From Antedon mediterranea (lineage: Eukaryota > Animalia > Echinodermata): a DNA stretch of 64,000 bases. The notes under the pieces are model-generated. The model was not told the DNA's origin, made no database searches, and was given only the letters and a program-made list of their open reading frames with translations. A program made the translations under genes and the position numbers. This document shows, in pieces, positions 47,625-60,625 of the stretch. The stretch lies in contig NC_092674.1 of the NCBI RefSeq assembly GCF_964355755.1, positions 5,456,001 through 5,520,000 of the forward strand, read 5' to 3'. Each line of letters opens with the position of its first letter. Position 1 is the first letter of the stretch.

Positions 47625-48124
47625 AACGCGTGTATCGAGGACATAAAACAAAGGAGTCTAATCATAATGCCATCAATATTGTAGCTGTACTGAAATTGCA
47701 GTCATTGTTTTAACGATGAATTGCTGTCTAAGGGCTCGTCATTAACATTCTAAAATGTATTTGTTTCTTTTCAAATAAAAGATGTATCATTTATTTTTAC
47801 GTTTAACCTTGCATAGAAATTTCAAATTAGTTCAGAAAAAGAAAGAAACAAAAATACTAATCAGTGGAACAAATTAAAATGCTATGAATTTGTGAATCAG
47901 TTTTGGTGCAATACGAAAACATTATAAATTATTTCAATTAAAACTAAATGCTAAAGAATAAACATATAAACAAACCTCGTGTTTATTTTTGGTAGGAGCA
48001 ATATTATGTAATTTGACCATATACAATTTGGAGTCAACTGTTAAGGGCATAAAGTATTGAGTGATTTTGGTGTTCAGTATTTACAGTTGAACCCATTTCC
48101 GTTAAGACACCAGCTAGGAACCAG

Positions 48125-48885
48125 CCAGGAAACAGCTATCCAGGAGGGAAACAGCTATCCAGGGTGGAAACAGCTATCCAGGGGAAAAACCACTATCCAG
48201 GGGGAAAACCACTATCCAGGGGGAAAACCACTATCCAGGGGGAAAACCACTATCCAGGGGGGAACCCGCTATCCAGGAGGGAAACAGCTATCCAGGAGGG
48301 AAACAGCTATCCAGGAAGGAAACAGCTATCCAGGAGGGAAACGGCTATCCAGGGGAAAAACGGCTATCCAGGGGAAAAACGGCTATCCAGGGGAAAAACG
48401 GCTATCCAGGGGGGAAACGGCTATCCAGGGGGGAAACGGCTATCCAGGGGGGAAACGGCTATCCAGGGGGGAAACGGCTATCCAGGGGGGAAACGGCTAT
48501 CCAGGGGGGAAACGGCTATCCAGGGGGGGAAACGGCTATCCAGGGGGGGAAACGGCTATCCAGGGGGGGGGGAACGGCTATCCAGGGGGGGGGGGGGAAA
48601 CGGCTATCCAGGGGGGACACCGGCTATCCAGGGGGGACACCGGCTATCCAGGGGGGACACCGGCTATCCAGGGGGGGACACCGGCTATCCAGGGGGGGAC
48701 ACCGCTATCCAGGGGGGAAACCGCTATCCAGGGGGGAAACCGCTATCCAGGGGGGAAACCGCTATCCAGGGGGGAAACCGCTATCCAGGGGGAAACCGCT
48801 ATCCAGGGGGGAAACCGCTATCCAGGGGGGAAACCGCTATCCAGGGGGGAAACCGCTATCCAGGGGGGAAACAGCTATCCAGGGG
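48125..48885. repeat. G-rich 20-22-bp minisatellite (gggggaaac(a/g/c)gctatcca)n
   Basis: About 37 units with variable G-run length; source of the spurious 306- and 249-aa ORFs. Confidence 0.95.
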
Positions 48886-49914
48886 ATACCCCTCTAATAG
48901 AACACCCCTCTAAACAAACGAAGGCATTATTTGGTCTAGTAATATATTTTTCTAAATTGAATATTCATTTCATATGATATGCCGATTGTACACACATTAA
49001 CAATAATATATTTTTTAAAGGTTAGATTGAAATTGACATTTAGATTTTTTTTTTTACTTATTCCGATCTTAATCATAAACGTATCTCGTCATCATATTGG
49101 GTTAAATTATTTAATGCCACCGTGCACACGTTTGTTCATTTTATTGCTTCTCATTTCACTGTTCAACATTTGGTAGCAATTACTGATTCTGTTTAAATAT
49201 TATGCATTATTCGTTCTGCTCCTTTTTTTATAAATTAAATTTTAAATTAAATTTTGAATGGATAAGTACCAGAATGTATCCTAAAACATTTGATATGAAC
49301 ATAATTTCGCGCTGATGGAGGCCCTTAAAAATTTGATGAACGTTTAAATGTGTGTACATTTCACTCTACGCAAAAGCGTTTAATTTTGCTTGTTAAGAAC
49401 CCTTATGTAATGAAATACTAAAAGAAAGAGGTTTGCACTAATTTCTTACACGATACCCTCAACGCAAAGGTGTCTCCTTTTGTTTTATTAAGAACCATTC
49501 TATGTATTAATGTACAACATTTTCAAATATAATTTACAATAATTTCTTACACGACGAGCGATTGGATTTTTGATAATTTTATTGCCTCGAAAATCGTGTG
49601 CTTTATTACATACTAATTTTGTACATTTATTTTTAAGAATTTTATTTTATATTGAAACTGTGTGTTTTAATACTTGTAATAGTAATAATAAGGGTGGGGT
49701 GTAGATTTATATCACTTCGTGGTTGTATATTTTAAATAAATAGATAACATTTAGCCATTAGGCCTATAAAAACTTTCAAAGATGTATAAATTCATTAAAA
49801 TTAATAACAGAATTGACTATTGAAGATGTTTTTATTTATTCAACTTGTCTCTCTACGTTAAATTTGTGAAACATCCCGCCGCAGCCTCGAGTGTTTCTCA
49901 AATTAACTCAAAAT

Positions 49915-52910
49915 GGACTTCCCACAAAGGTCGTACGCGCAACGCAAGCGAGTTGACCAATGACAAGCCACTGTTCGAATAATCCATCGCTTGTGATTGG
50001 TCAAATCCCTTACGTTGCGTTACGTCCTTGCGTTGCGTCGCTAGTGGGAACCAAGCTTAAGCTTGGCTCCCACTAGAACGTAACGCAAGAACGTAAACGC
50101 AACGCAAGCGTTTTAAAGCTTGGTTCCCACTAGAACGTAACGCAAGGACGTAAACGCAACGCAAGCGTTTTAACCAATGACAAGCGAAGTTATAGACAGT
50201 TAGCAATCACAATCACAACCGAATAAGCCATCGCTTGTGATTGGTCAATTCACTTGCGTTGCGTTACGTCCTTGCGTTGCGTCGCTAATGGGAACCACGC
50301 TTAACCAATGACAAGCGAAGTTATAGACAGTTAGCAATCACAAGCGAATAAGCCATCGCTTGTGATTGGTCAATTCACTTGCGTTGCCGTTACGTCCTTG
50401 TGTTGCGTCGCTAGTGGGAACCATGCTTACATGACGATAGTAGTGGCACTCCCCGCGTTCCATACTAATATTCATTTATTTTGTGTGCATTACGTAATTT
50501 TTTCACAGTTGGCTTCAAATTTTATATCAAACGCTAAGTATCGTCCTCGATCGAGATTTTCTAATATAATATTGGTCTAACATTTCACCTATCAATTGAA
50601 TCAAATAATACATAATGCATGTATACAGATTTGCAGTTTGTGTAAAATATTACTGTAATTATGAGTGTATTTTTACACACATACTGTGCGTTATACAGGT
50701 AGGCCTCTGTACAGATTATGAGTCCGAGTCCGATTTTCCTTTGACCGCATTTATTATGCCTTTAGTCTTTGCCAATGGTCAAAGGCTTATATAAAAGTTA
50801 AGCAAGATTACTAGAAATGTCTCTTACGTAAACGTATATTTAGATTGAAAGGCCTACGTTCGAAATTAGATGGCCGCTTAGCATAATGGTTAGCTAGTCA
50901 ATAATATGATTAAAAAGTAGAAATAATTGGAAATAGAACTCTCAATTATAATTGTGAAGTGATCAAACTAAGAGGTTTTTCTCATCGTAATAATTATTTC
51001 AAATGCGCTGCAAGTTCATCCACTGGAACATAGTAATATCGTATCGTAGGCTTATAATATGCGTGTGTTATTGATTGGTTTCAACTAGTACTAAAGCGTG
51101 GTTCCCACTAGCGACGCAACGCAAGGACGTAACGCAGCGCAAGTGAACTGACCAATCACAAGCAATGGCTTATTCGCTTTTGATTGCTAACTGTCTATAA
51201 CTTTGCTTGTCATTGGTTAAAACGCTTCTGTTGCGTTTACGTCCTTGCGTTACGTTCTAGTGGGAACCACGCTTAACTGTCTATAACTTCGTTTGTCATT
51301 GGTTAAAAAGCTTGCGTTGCGTTTACGTCCTTGCGTTGCGTCGCTAGTGGGAACCAAGCTTAAAGCGTGGTTCCCACTAGACTACAGAAGTCTGTATTTA
51401 TTGTCTTTTTTCATTCCACACGTTGTCGTTTTGATTTTTGTCCGAGTATCCAAACTCAAGTAATACACGTATGAAACGCCATATGTGCAAAAATATTTAT
51501 CTTTTTACTAATATTAAGACAAAACTCCGTCTGGAGCCCAGACTAGGTTCACACTAGAACGCAACGCAACGACGTATTGACGCAAAGTGCTGTATTGCGT
51601 AATCACAAGTGGGAATCGACGACGCAACAGTGCTGCAAAGTCACAGGTTTGATTTCACGCAGGCGGGAGCAACAAATTCAAAAGGATATATAGAAATAAC
51701 TTTTACCTAATTTTGAGTAGTTAATAATGATATTACTAAGTTTGTGTATTTTATAGACCTGTTTAACCATATATATTTTGTTATTACGGTAAAATAATTT
51801 CATATATTAAATGAATATGCCACACGTTGTTTTAAACCATTTTATTTGGAACTATTTTAATTCAACTCTTAAAGGTAAGTATTAATATACGGAGGTAATA
51901 ACAATGATTATTGGAATACAATAAAGACCTAACAGAAACTTAAGCGTGGTTCCCACTAGAACGCAACGCAACGACGTATTGACGCAAAGTGATGTATTGT
52001 GTAATCACAAGTGGGAACCGACGACGCAACAGTGCTGCAAATATTGCAGGTTTGATTTTACTCAGGCGGGAGCAAACACAATTATTAGAAGGGCATTTTC
52101 TTTCCTTGTGTAGGTTGCGTTACGTTGCGTCGCTAGTGGGAACCAAGCTTACAGATCATAACGTATTTATACAATAACGAGATGGAATATAACAGGGATT
52201 CACACTATACATTTGGTATGGTTATTTTAATGAGACAAGCACCAAAATATAAAATGTATACTAAAAAAATATATTTCACCATATAAAGTAGTACACTCTT
52301 GGTTCCCACTATGACGCAACGCGAAGACGTAGACGCAACGCAAACGAGTTGACCAATCACACGCGACTGTTAAAATAATCCATCGCTTGAGATTGGTCAC
52401 ATCATTTTGCGTTGCGTTACGTTCTGGCATTGCGTTCTAGTGGGAACCAAGCTTTAGTATTAAATTTGTGTTCAATTATTATCTGACTGTTATTGTTAAT
52501 TTTTAGTTATTCTCTCACGATGAAATTATAAAGCTTTGTTCTCACGTGGACACAACACAAGAGCGTAAACCAACGCAAGTTAGAGTCCTTGCGTTGCGTC
52601 ATAGTGGGAACTAAAGCTTGGTTCCCACTAAAGCGTGGTTCCCACTAGCGACGCAACGCAAGGACGTAACGCAACGCAACGCAAGTGAATTGACCAATCA
52701 CAAGCGATGGCTTATTCGCTTGTGATTGCTAATTGTCTATAACTTCGCTTGTCATTGGTTAAAACGCTTGCGTTGCGTTTACGTCCTTGCGTTACGTTCT
52801 AGTGGGAACCAAGCTTAAGACGCAACGCAAGGACGTAAGCGCAACGTAAGTAACTTGGCCAATCACAAGCGATGGGTTATATACTGTCGCTTTCCCTGCG
52901 CTGCGTCCTA
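49915..52910. mobile_element. Cluster of nested and tandem 'AGCGTGGTTCCCACTAG' MITEs
   Basis: More than 10 full or partial copies, several inserted into each other (50059-50427, 51094-51380, 52532-52910). Confidence 0.8.
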
Positions 52911-53587
52911 CAATCATATTCATTGTATTGTCTTAATAAAAATAATAATAATAAAAATTCATGATTTAAAAAACTGACTTTATAAATCCATATTTGCAGG
53001 ATATTTGGTCGTCGTTGTTCTCAAAAGTACCACTTAATTTGTTCATGACTTTGATTATTGCTTAGAAAATGAGTTTATGAAACTCTTTTAAAAAGAAAAC
53101 TAATAATGAAAGATTAAAGGGGAATTATACCTCGTAAAAGCAGGAAGGAGTTTAAAGATGTTTAAACTTCTTCAGTTTTCCTGGTAAACATTCGGTTATT
53201 TAATTTTGATAAATAAACTTGTCATTTTTGATAAAATTAACCATATTTTGAATATTCAGTTAATCGTACGGTCCTAATTTACATAAAAATATCTAAAATA
53301 TAACTATATGTTAATTTATACATGTTGTTTCTTTTTTTTGTGTAAAGATAGCTAAAATAACGTCTGACGACATCTAGTGGTTTTGATAACTTTGGTATGA
53401 AGATGTTAAGAAAATATTCTAAATGAATTTCCTTAGTTACTGCAGTAATTTACTTTATTATATATATTTAAACAGTACCATTGGTGTTTGTTAGACCATG
53501 TGATTATTGGTATTACTGGATGGTTATTACTGCAGTAATATAATATAGTTTCTGTAGTACTCCAGCCGTCTTTGTCTGTTTTGCTTT

Positions 53588-56500
53588 TTATTTGTTATCT
53601 TTGTTTTGAACGTCTGGATCTTTACTTTTAGAACTTTTGTCTGCGTCCTTTGTGTCGTGTTGCGTGTCTTTGCTGTGAGTGTCTTTGTGACTTGTAGGCC
53701 TATCAGTATCTTTTGTGTCGTGTTCCGTGTCGTTACGTTGTGAGTGTTTGTCCTTTTGACTCGTTTCTTCATCCTTAACTGATTTCGTGTCGTGTTGCTT
53801 GTCTTTGCTTTGAGACATTTTGTCTTTAAGACTTATTTCTGCATTTTTAGCCTGTTTGGTTATTTGTTTATCTTTATTTGCTGGCTCTTTATTTTTCTTC
53901 ATTTCTATTGTCTCATGACCATGTTTGGATAGTTTTGATTTTGGTCTCGTATCTTTGTTCTCGCTCGACTCTTTGTCGCCCTTTGACCTCTTCTCTAATT
54001 TTGTAATGCGTTGTTTCAGCTTCATTTGTGATTTGTGATATTCCGCCAAAAGACGTGAAAACTTTGTCTGTAACGTCTCCAAACGGTCTTCTACACTGTG
54101 TAGTAACTCCTGTTGTTTGATCTCATCCGGGCTTTTGCCACCGCGTCGAGCAATTTCCTCATCAATAAGACCATCCTTCCGTAGGATCTGCTTGCCTCTT
54201 TCCTCCAACAACTTTTTCGCTTCTGGATATTCCTTCAGAGCAATCAAAAGATCATCTTTCGATAAACAAAACAAGTCAGAATAGCCTACACTTCTCACGC
54301 TAGCCGTTCGTCTGTTGCCGGACAGACTGCCTGGTACGTTTAGAATACTCAGTTCCCCAAAGTACGACCCGTCACCTAGTGTTACAAACACTATTTTACC
54401 ATCCTCGCTTACGACATCGAGTTTTCCTTGTTTTACAATGTACATTTCTCTTCCTATATCACCTTTACGGCATATATAATCGCCAGGACTATACACCTGA
54501 GGTTTTAATTTCAAGACTAATTCCACCAATAATCCCGGTTCACAGTCTGAGAAAATGGTGACGCGTCGTAGAGTTTCTAAGTGTACATGTAACGCAATTT
54601 CTGCACGCAGTTTGTCCGGTAACGCATTCAAAATGGCTTCTTCGTCTAAAGTTTTCTTATTTGACCATAAATAATCGAACCACTTAATAACTCGTCCTTC
54701 TAAATCTTTGCTCACCTTTCGTAATCTCATATATTGCTTAATGCCGTCCATTCGAGATTGAAAATCGGCTCTAGCTAGATTCATATTACTGATCATCGAG
54801 CCTACATTACCGACGATCGTAGCGAAAATCAACACACCAACTAGAAAATCAACAATGACAAACGCAAATTCAACATCAGTTTCTGGCGGAGGGGTTTCGC
54901 CAATTGTCGTAAGCGTCAGTGTTGACCAATATAAACAATATATATACTGACGACTTAACACGTTCCATTCACCTGTATTATTGTACACCCAGCCGTCTGC
55001 ATCAAAGCCAATTGCTTTAGAAATTTCAAAATATAAACAAGCATTCCAATGAATAATGATTACGATGTACATGATCAAATTAACGATTCGAAAAAAATTT
55101 GGGTAGTTTGTGATTGTTTCGGTTCTATCAAAACACTCGAGCGCGCGAGGGAAACGAAGAAGTCTTGGAAAGCGAAAAGCGGGATTTGGCCTTATCAACA
55201 GAAAAAAATCAGTCGGCAGCAAAGACACACAATCCAAAATAAACATACGGGATTTCATGTAATGTTTAGCAAGTAATTTTCTGTCCGTTACCAGTAATCC
55301 CTGAGCCAAGTAACCTAGAAAACAAATATAAAAGATTGATGAGAAGAAGACTCGTATGTTTTCATTAATAACTCTTCATATACATACAATTAATAATTCC
55401 GACACTACCCAGAATTTGTTATGCCATGCCTCATAATCATTTGCATGTGTGGTGGATTGGTAGAATTTCCTTTTAGTCTGGGTTCCAGACGGAGTTTTGA
55501 CTTAATATAAGTACAGTAAAAAGATAAATATTTTGGCACATATGGCGTTTCATCGAAAAGCCTCGAAAATTTAACTACAGACTTGGGGCAAGTGTAATGG
55601 TGAGCGTACATTAAACGGGTTTTATTTAGCCTATGTGTCTAGTAAAAGAATGCTCTATTTTTTACTGTAAAACAAGGCAATCTAACAACAAGACACTGAT
55701 CTCCGGAGCTCAGCATCCTGTTGTTAGATTGATTTGCTTATAGCATTAGAAAGAAAGAAAGTCGACCCGTAGAACCACATTTTTAAAACCAAATCGCCTG
55801 TCTCACATGACACACGGTTGGTGTGTGTGTGTGTGTGTGTGTGTGTCTGTTGATCTGTGTGTGTATGTGTAGTTATATGTTTACATTTATATATATAAGT
55901 ATATAATCTTCTTACATGGCTTCCCAACATACAGGTTTCAATTGGATTTTTGTTTCCAATTGATCGATACTTTCTTGGGTTTTTTTGCCTCTTTCATTTT
56001 GTATATAACTGAATCATCTTTTTTTTTTATACATTATGATTTACTGTATTATATCTCTAAAAAAAATATTTATATATAAAATATCAGAAATTATAATGTT
56101 TTTTACTCAAATATGAATGAAAGAAATAAATGTTTATTTGAATTGAATTGAACACATACGCCTGTAAAACGCATTATGCGTTTACACCAAACCGATACCT
56201 ACATCTGACGCGTTTTCTTTGATCTCTGAATCAGTTCATGTTCAAGTTTTCATTACATTAGTAGTAGATGTAATATAATATATCTAAGATTTATATTGTA
56301 TTGATATTATGGTGTTTGAATGCATCACCTGATTGTATAGTATCTACTTAAGCTGTAGTGCTTCATCTTCCATAATCAATATTCTAAAGATCAACGTCTC
56401 ATCATTTTTTTTATCAGACTTACGTCAATCATAATATTATATAGTATTTCTGTATGAATTGATTAAAATAAGCTTCATTTTACACATAACATGTTTTTAT

Positions 56501-57259
56501 GAATTAGTAGGACAACTTATGTTAATTTAACGAGTAGTTATACGTTGATAGATGTGTTAACTGTGAATAAAACGCATTTTAATCAGCCGTTAGTATTGTG
56601 GCTGGCTGGCTGGCATGCATCTAGACAGGATAAAACGCGTTTGATTCGGGCGTTAATAGTATATGTAACTGGTTCATAAAAGCGAGATAAAACGCGTTTG
56701 ATTCAGGCGTTAATAGTATGTAACTGGTTCATAAAAACGAGATAAAACGCGTTTGATTTATACATTAATAGTATGTAACTGGTTCATAAAAACGAGATAA
56801 AACGCGTTTGATTTGGACATTAATAGTATGTAACTGGTTCATAAAAACGAGATAAAACGCGTTCGATGTAGGCGTTGGTTTGACGGGTGCGTTATTAGAC
56901 GGATCGGAATAATTTCAGATGAACCAGGAAAGGAGACATTAATTTCCTTCTTCTTCCCCCAGACTAGGACAATTTTTTAATGGTTTGAATGGTTGAATAT
57001 ATTTGGAAGTTTGAACCATAAAGTGAAATCCTTCTTACCTGTCCTGAATTTAACAAACATATCAATGATGTATATGACGTCACACGTGTAGTCTAAGGTG
57101 TACCAAACTGGCTTGTACTGCGTTTGAAGCTGATCAAATGCTGCTCTCGCTACTATCACATACATGTTATACATGACAGCCAATGTAACTATCACCAGCC
57201 ATCTATAGTATTTCGTACCAGACTTGTCGAGTATTTGCAGGATATATTTACTCTCAAAA
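53588..57259 (-). CDS. CNGA: Cyclic nucleotide-gated cation channel alpha subunit (CNGA family); 5' exons uncertain
   Basis: Exons 57259-57039 ([25 protein letters not shown]) and 55314-53588, joined in phase as RTG|YLAQGLLV. S4 [11 protein letters not shown], pore [16 protein letters not shown]-linker, CNBD ([42 protein letters not shown]), C-terminal leucine zipper. Confidence 0.95.
56627..56865. repeat. 55-bp tandem repeat x~4.3 in the CNGA intron
   Basis: gataaaacgcgtttgatt..ttaatagtatgtaactggttcataaaaacga, units at 56741, 56796, 56851 etc. Confidence 0.9.
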
Positions 57260-57940
57260 CTGAAAATAACCAATTAAACATTTTATTACAGAGGAAGGAA
57301 AGAACCCCTTCTTTGGGATGCCAGCCCTATTCAGGGGGACACGCCTTTTCAGGAGGACACGCCTATTCAGGGGGACACGCCTATTCAGAGTACCCAATCC
57401 CCCCTAGAGGACACTTTTCCGAACGAACATGAACATGGTCTTCCTTTCAAGATAGTATGGGTATCATTTTGAGATAGCATATTTTTGATTAAGGTGATTT
57501 AAGGAAAGATAACTTGTGATACAGATATAACGTATATACCCTCACGTGTATATCATACATTCAAGTTTCAAATGGTATTTTGATCACCGCATCATGTAAA
57601 AGTGGTTGCAATGTCTCAAAATCCTATTATTGTAGTGGAAATTCCCCAAATTTACATTTCGAAAAGAAGCCCTCCATCCTCTTTAGTTTCCAAAAGTAAT
57701 TATAAAAAAGAAGCAAATCTCGAAAAGAAACCCATCTTGAAAAGAAGCCCACCCAAAGGTTATTTAAATTGGAAAACCACATCGGCTTCTCTTCGAGGTT
57801 TTACGGTATTTATATAATACTATGGCCGTCCTCTATTTAATGAACACCACTCCTAGAGCAATCATCATAATACTATAACCGTAGCGAAGCAGTTGAAATT
57901 ACATTATAATATATTTCTTGGTTATATATTAGGGCCTAAC

Positions 57941-58128
57941 TCCGAAGATCCCAGCGCTGCTACAGGGTTTTGTGGTTGTAATAACCGCATATTATTATGT
58001 TGATTTTCAGAACGCGAAACCTCATCACCATTCTGGTTGATAAGCTCTCGTAAAAATGTTAAAATAATACCGTTAAAATCGAGAAATATTGATTTGGATA
58101 TTTGTGATAGGCCTATATCTGGCATCAT
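57941..58128 (-). CDS. Candidate upstream coding exon of the CNGA gene
   Basis: ATG-initiated ORF with a GA|GTTAGG donor in phase 2, matching the phase needed by the exon starting at 57259. No recognisable homology. Confidence 0.3.
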
Positions 58129-60129
58129 GGAAGAGAATCATATAGTAGTATTAAGGTGTGTGTATGTTATATCAAAGAACTTATAACATAAGTTATAAGT
58201 TCTTTGGTTATATTGATGAATACATTTTTTCTACATTTCTATACTGCAACAAGATTGGTTATCTTTATAGCATGTAGCAAACCAAATACTGTAAGATGAT
58301 GAATTAGACTAGATAATGTATAAATCATAATGAATGAAACAATGTTAATGATGAAATAAAAGTGGGAAACCCACAAAAGACAACACAATATAGTAGTATA
58401 GTCACTATTGATTATCCAATATAGATTATTTTTTTTAATTGGAGATGGAATGAAATGTGATTGATTGATTGATATAATATACTGGTCTGGTCGATTATAA
58501 GAAATGTGCTGCATTCGATAAGCAATATTGTGCGTTATATTTTATTTTCAATCATAAACATTATGTCATGCCACACTTCATTGGGGAATAGTAATAGAGA
58601 GATAGACAGAAAATGTGCGCATGTGTACAGGCGGTGATTTGCCTAATTGTAGGCCTATTGTTTTGTAATTTAACGGCAGCACTTATTCGTGGTGTGATAA
58701 TAAATATTTATATGTTGGACGTCAGTTTAAAAAGTATAAATAAACACGCTTAATTACTCTAAAGGTGACTGAGGTTTGGTCCCATTTACTCAAATTTAAG
58801 CGGAAATTTCTTTACTAGCTCTGCCTGTCTCTTATATGCTTAGTATAAATAATTTCTGCAATTATTGTGTTTGGCGTACGGCATCTTGTGTGTTAAAAGC
58901 ACTTTAAATCGCTATAAGATTGATGTTAACGCAATTGATGACAAAATAAATTGTCGAGGTTATTAAACAGAAAAATAATTACGTTTAGGAATCTGTGAAT
59001 ACATAAACAAGGTCGGAGAGATTCAAACATTTCAAATTAATTCTTTGTATAATTACGATTATAAGTAAGAACGTGGTGTGGTGTGTCATGTGACCGTGTA
59101 TTATACGTAGTGTGTATGTTAGTTCACTGGTCATACAAGCTCTCCTAACTGCACACATATAATTATCACATGGTGTATCAAAATGTCCAGAAATATGGGA
59201 GTTGTTATATGACATTTTAACATTATCCGCCATCTTGGATCCAATGGCCAAACTTGCGTCTAAATTCTCATTTTTACTATTAATATGATGTTTGTTGGTT
59301 CTAAAAAGTGTACTGAGAAAGGGATTATTATGGGGTTGTGGGTAATAAGTGTAAACATGGCATGAATTGATCTGGAAAGGTTTTAAACTACATTTGAAAA
59401 CACCTAGAGTAGGGGAAGGGGTTGTTAGTGGTGGGTACTATCCTGTGGTTGTGGGTTATTGGATTTCATCAAAATGAAAGGAATTGTTCTGGAGAAGTTT
59501 TAAACTACATTTTGAAATAAATAAATAAATAAAACCGCTCTGGAAAGGGTACTTTCCTAGTAATATAATATATAATACAATAATAATATAATAATAATAT
59601 ATAATACAATATTTAGATATTAATATTGTCTACTGTATACATTTTAACATTTTATCTCATGTTTTTCTGCTTTTTAGTATTATACCATTACTCCCATTTC
59701 TAACGTATTTCTTATAATATTGTTCTAATACTTGTTCTTGTATTTTGTCATTGGATTTGATTTTATAGTAAATTAATGAATGAACGAATATTAAACATAT
59801 ATTTATCCGATAAAAATTAATGCACTTATTACTATCGTGTCGCAGACGATAATGATGACCTGAAAGAAATTGCATTAGACGTTGGTTGTTTATTTATCGT
59901 CTTTTAAAATATTGATAATAGTAAGAGTTAATATTCGTATGGATGCAAAGACGAACACACTGACATCAATTATCATTAGCTTGTGATCCGTACAAATAAT
60001 TATTGTTTTTATAGTAAATATAATAAAAAATAATGACCACGTTCCCCGTGTTGATTTATAAATATAATAAATATGATAAATTATTTTTTTTAAATGTAAT
60101 AGTTCGAAAAACCTATAAAGATGTATTTC

Positions 60130-60625
60130 ACCACATGTAACGCTGTATCAAGGATTTTTCCTATGATACTGGACAAATTATTGATATTCATGCCTCAGAT
60201 GTTTTCAGATGTGTTAATGTCGCACAGTATTACGGATTTTGCCATGATACTTGACAAATTATTGATGATGTATGTTTCAAATGTGATACATATGTTACAC
60301 TGTATTATGGTTTCTGCCATGTTACTACACACATTATTTATGACGCATGCCTCAGATGTGATACATAATTATGTATTACGGTTTTTTCCATTATACTAAA
60401 CACATTATTTATGATGTATGTTTCAAAAGTAATACATATTTTTATGACAATGTATTACGGATTTGCCTATGATACTGACAAATTGTGAAGATCATGCTTC
60501 AGATATAATACATATGTTACACTGTATTAAAGTTTTTGCCATGATACTGGACAAATTATTGATGATGCATGTGATACATATGTGACACTGTATTACGGAT
60601 TTTGACTATGATAATGAACAAGCCA
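60130..60625. repeat. Degenerate ~75-bp tandem repeat x~7
   Basis: Recurring gtattacggattt(t)gccatgatactggacaaattattgatgatg. Confidence 0.75.

Noticed and set aside
48057-48977. 306-aa and 249-aa Gly-rich ORFs
   Set aside because: Translation of a 20-22-bp minisatellite. The frames cycle through the same three peptides, with no splice or start context.
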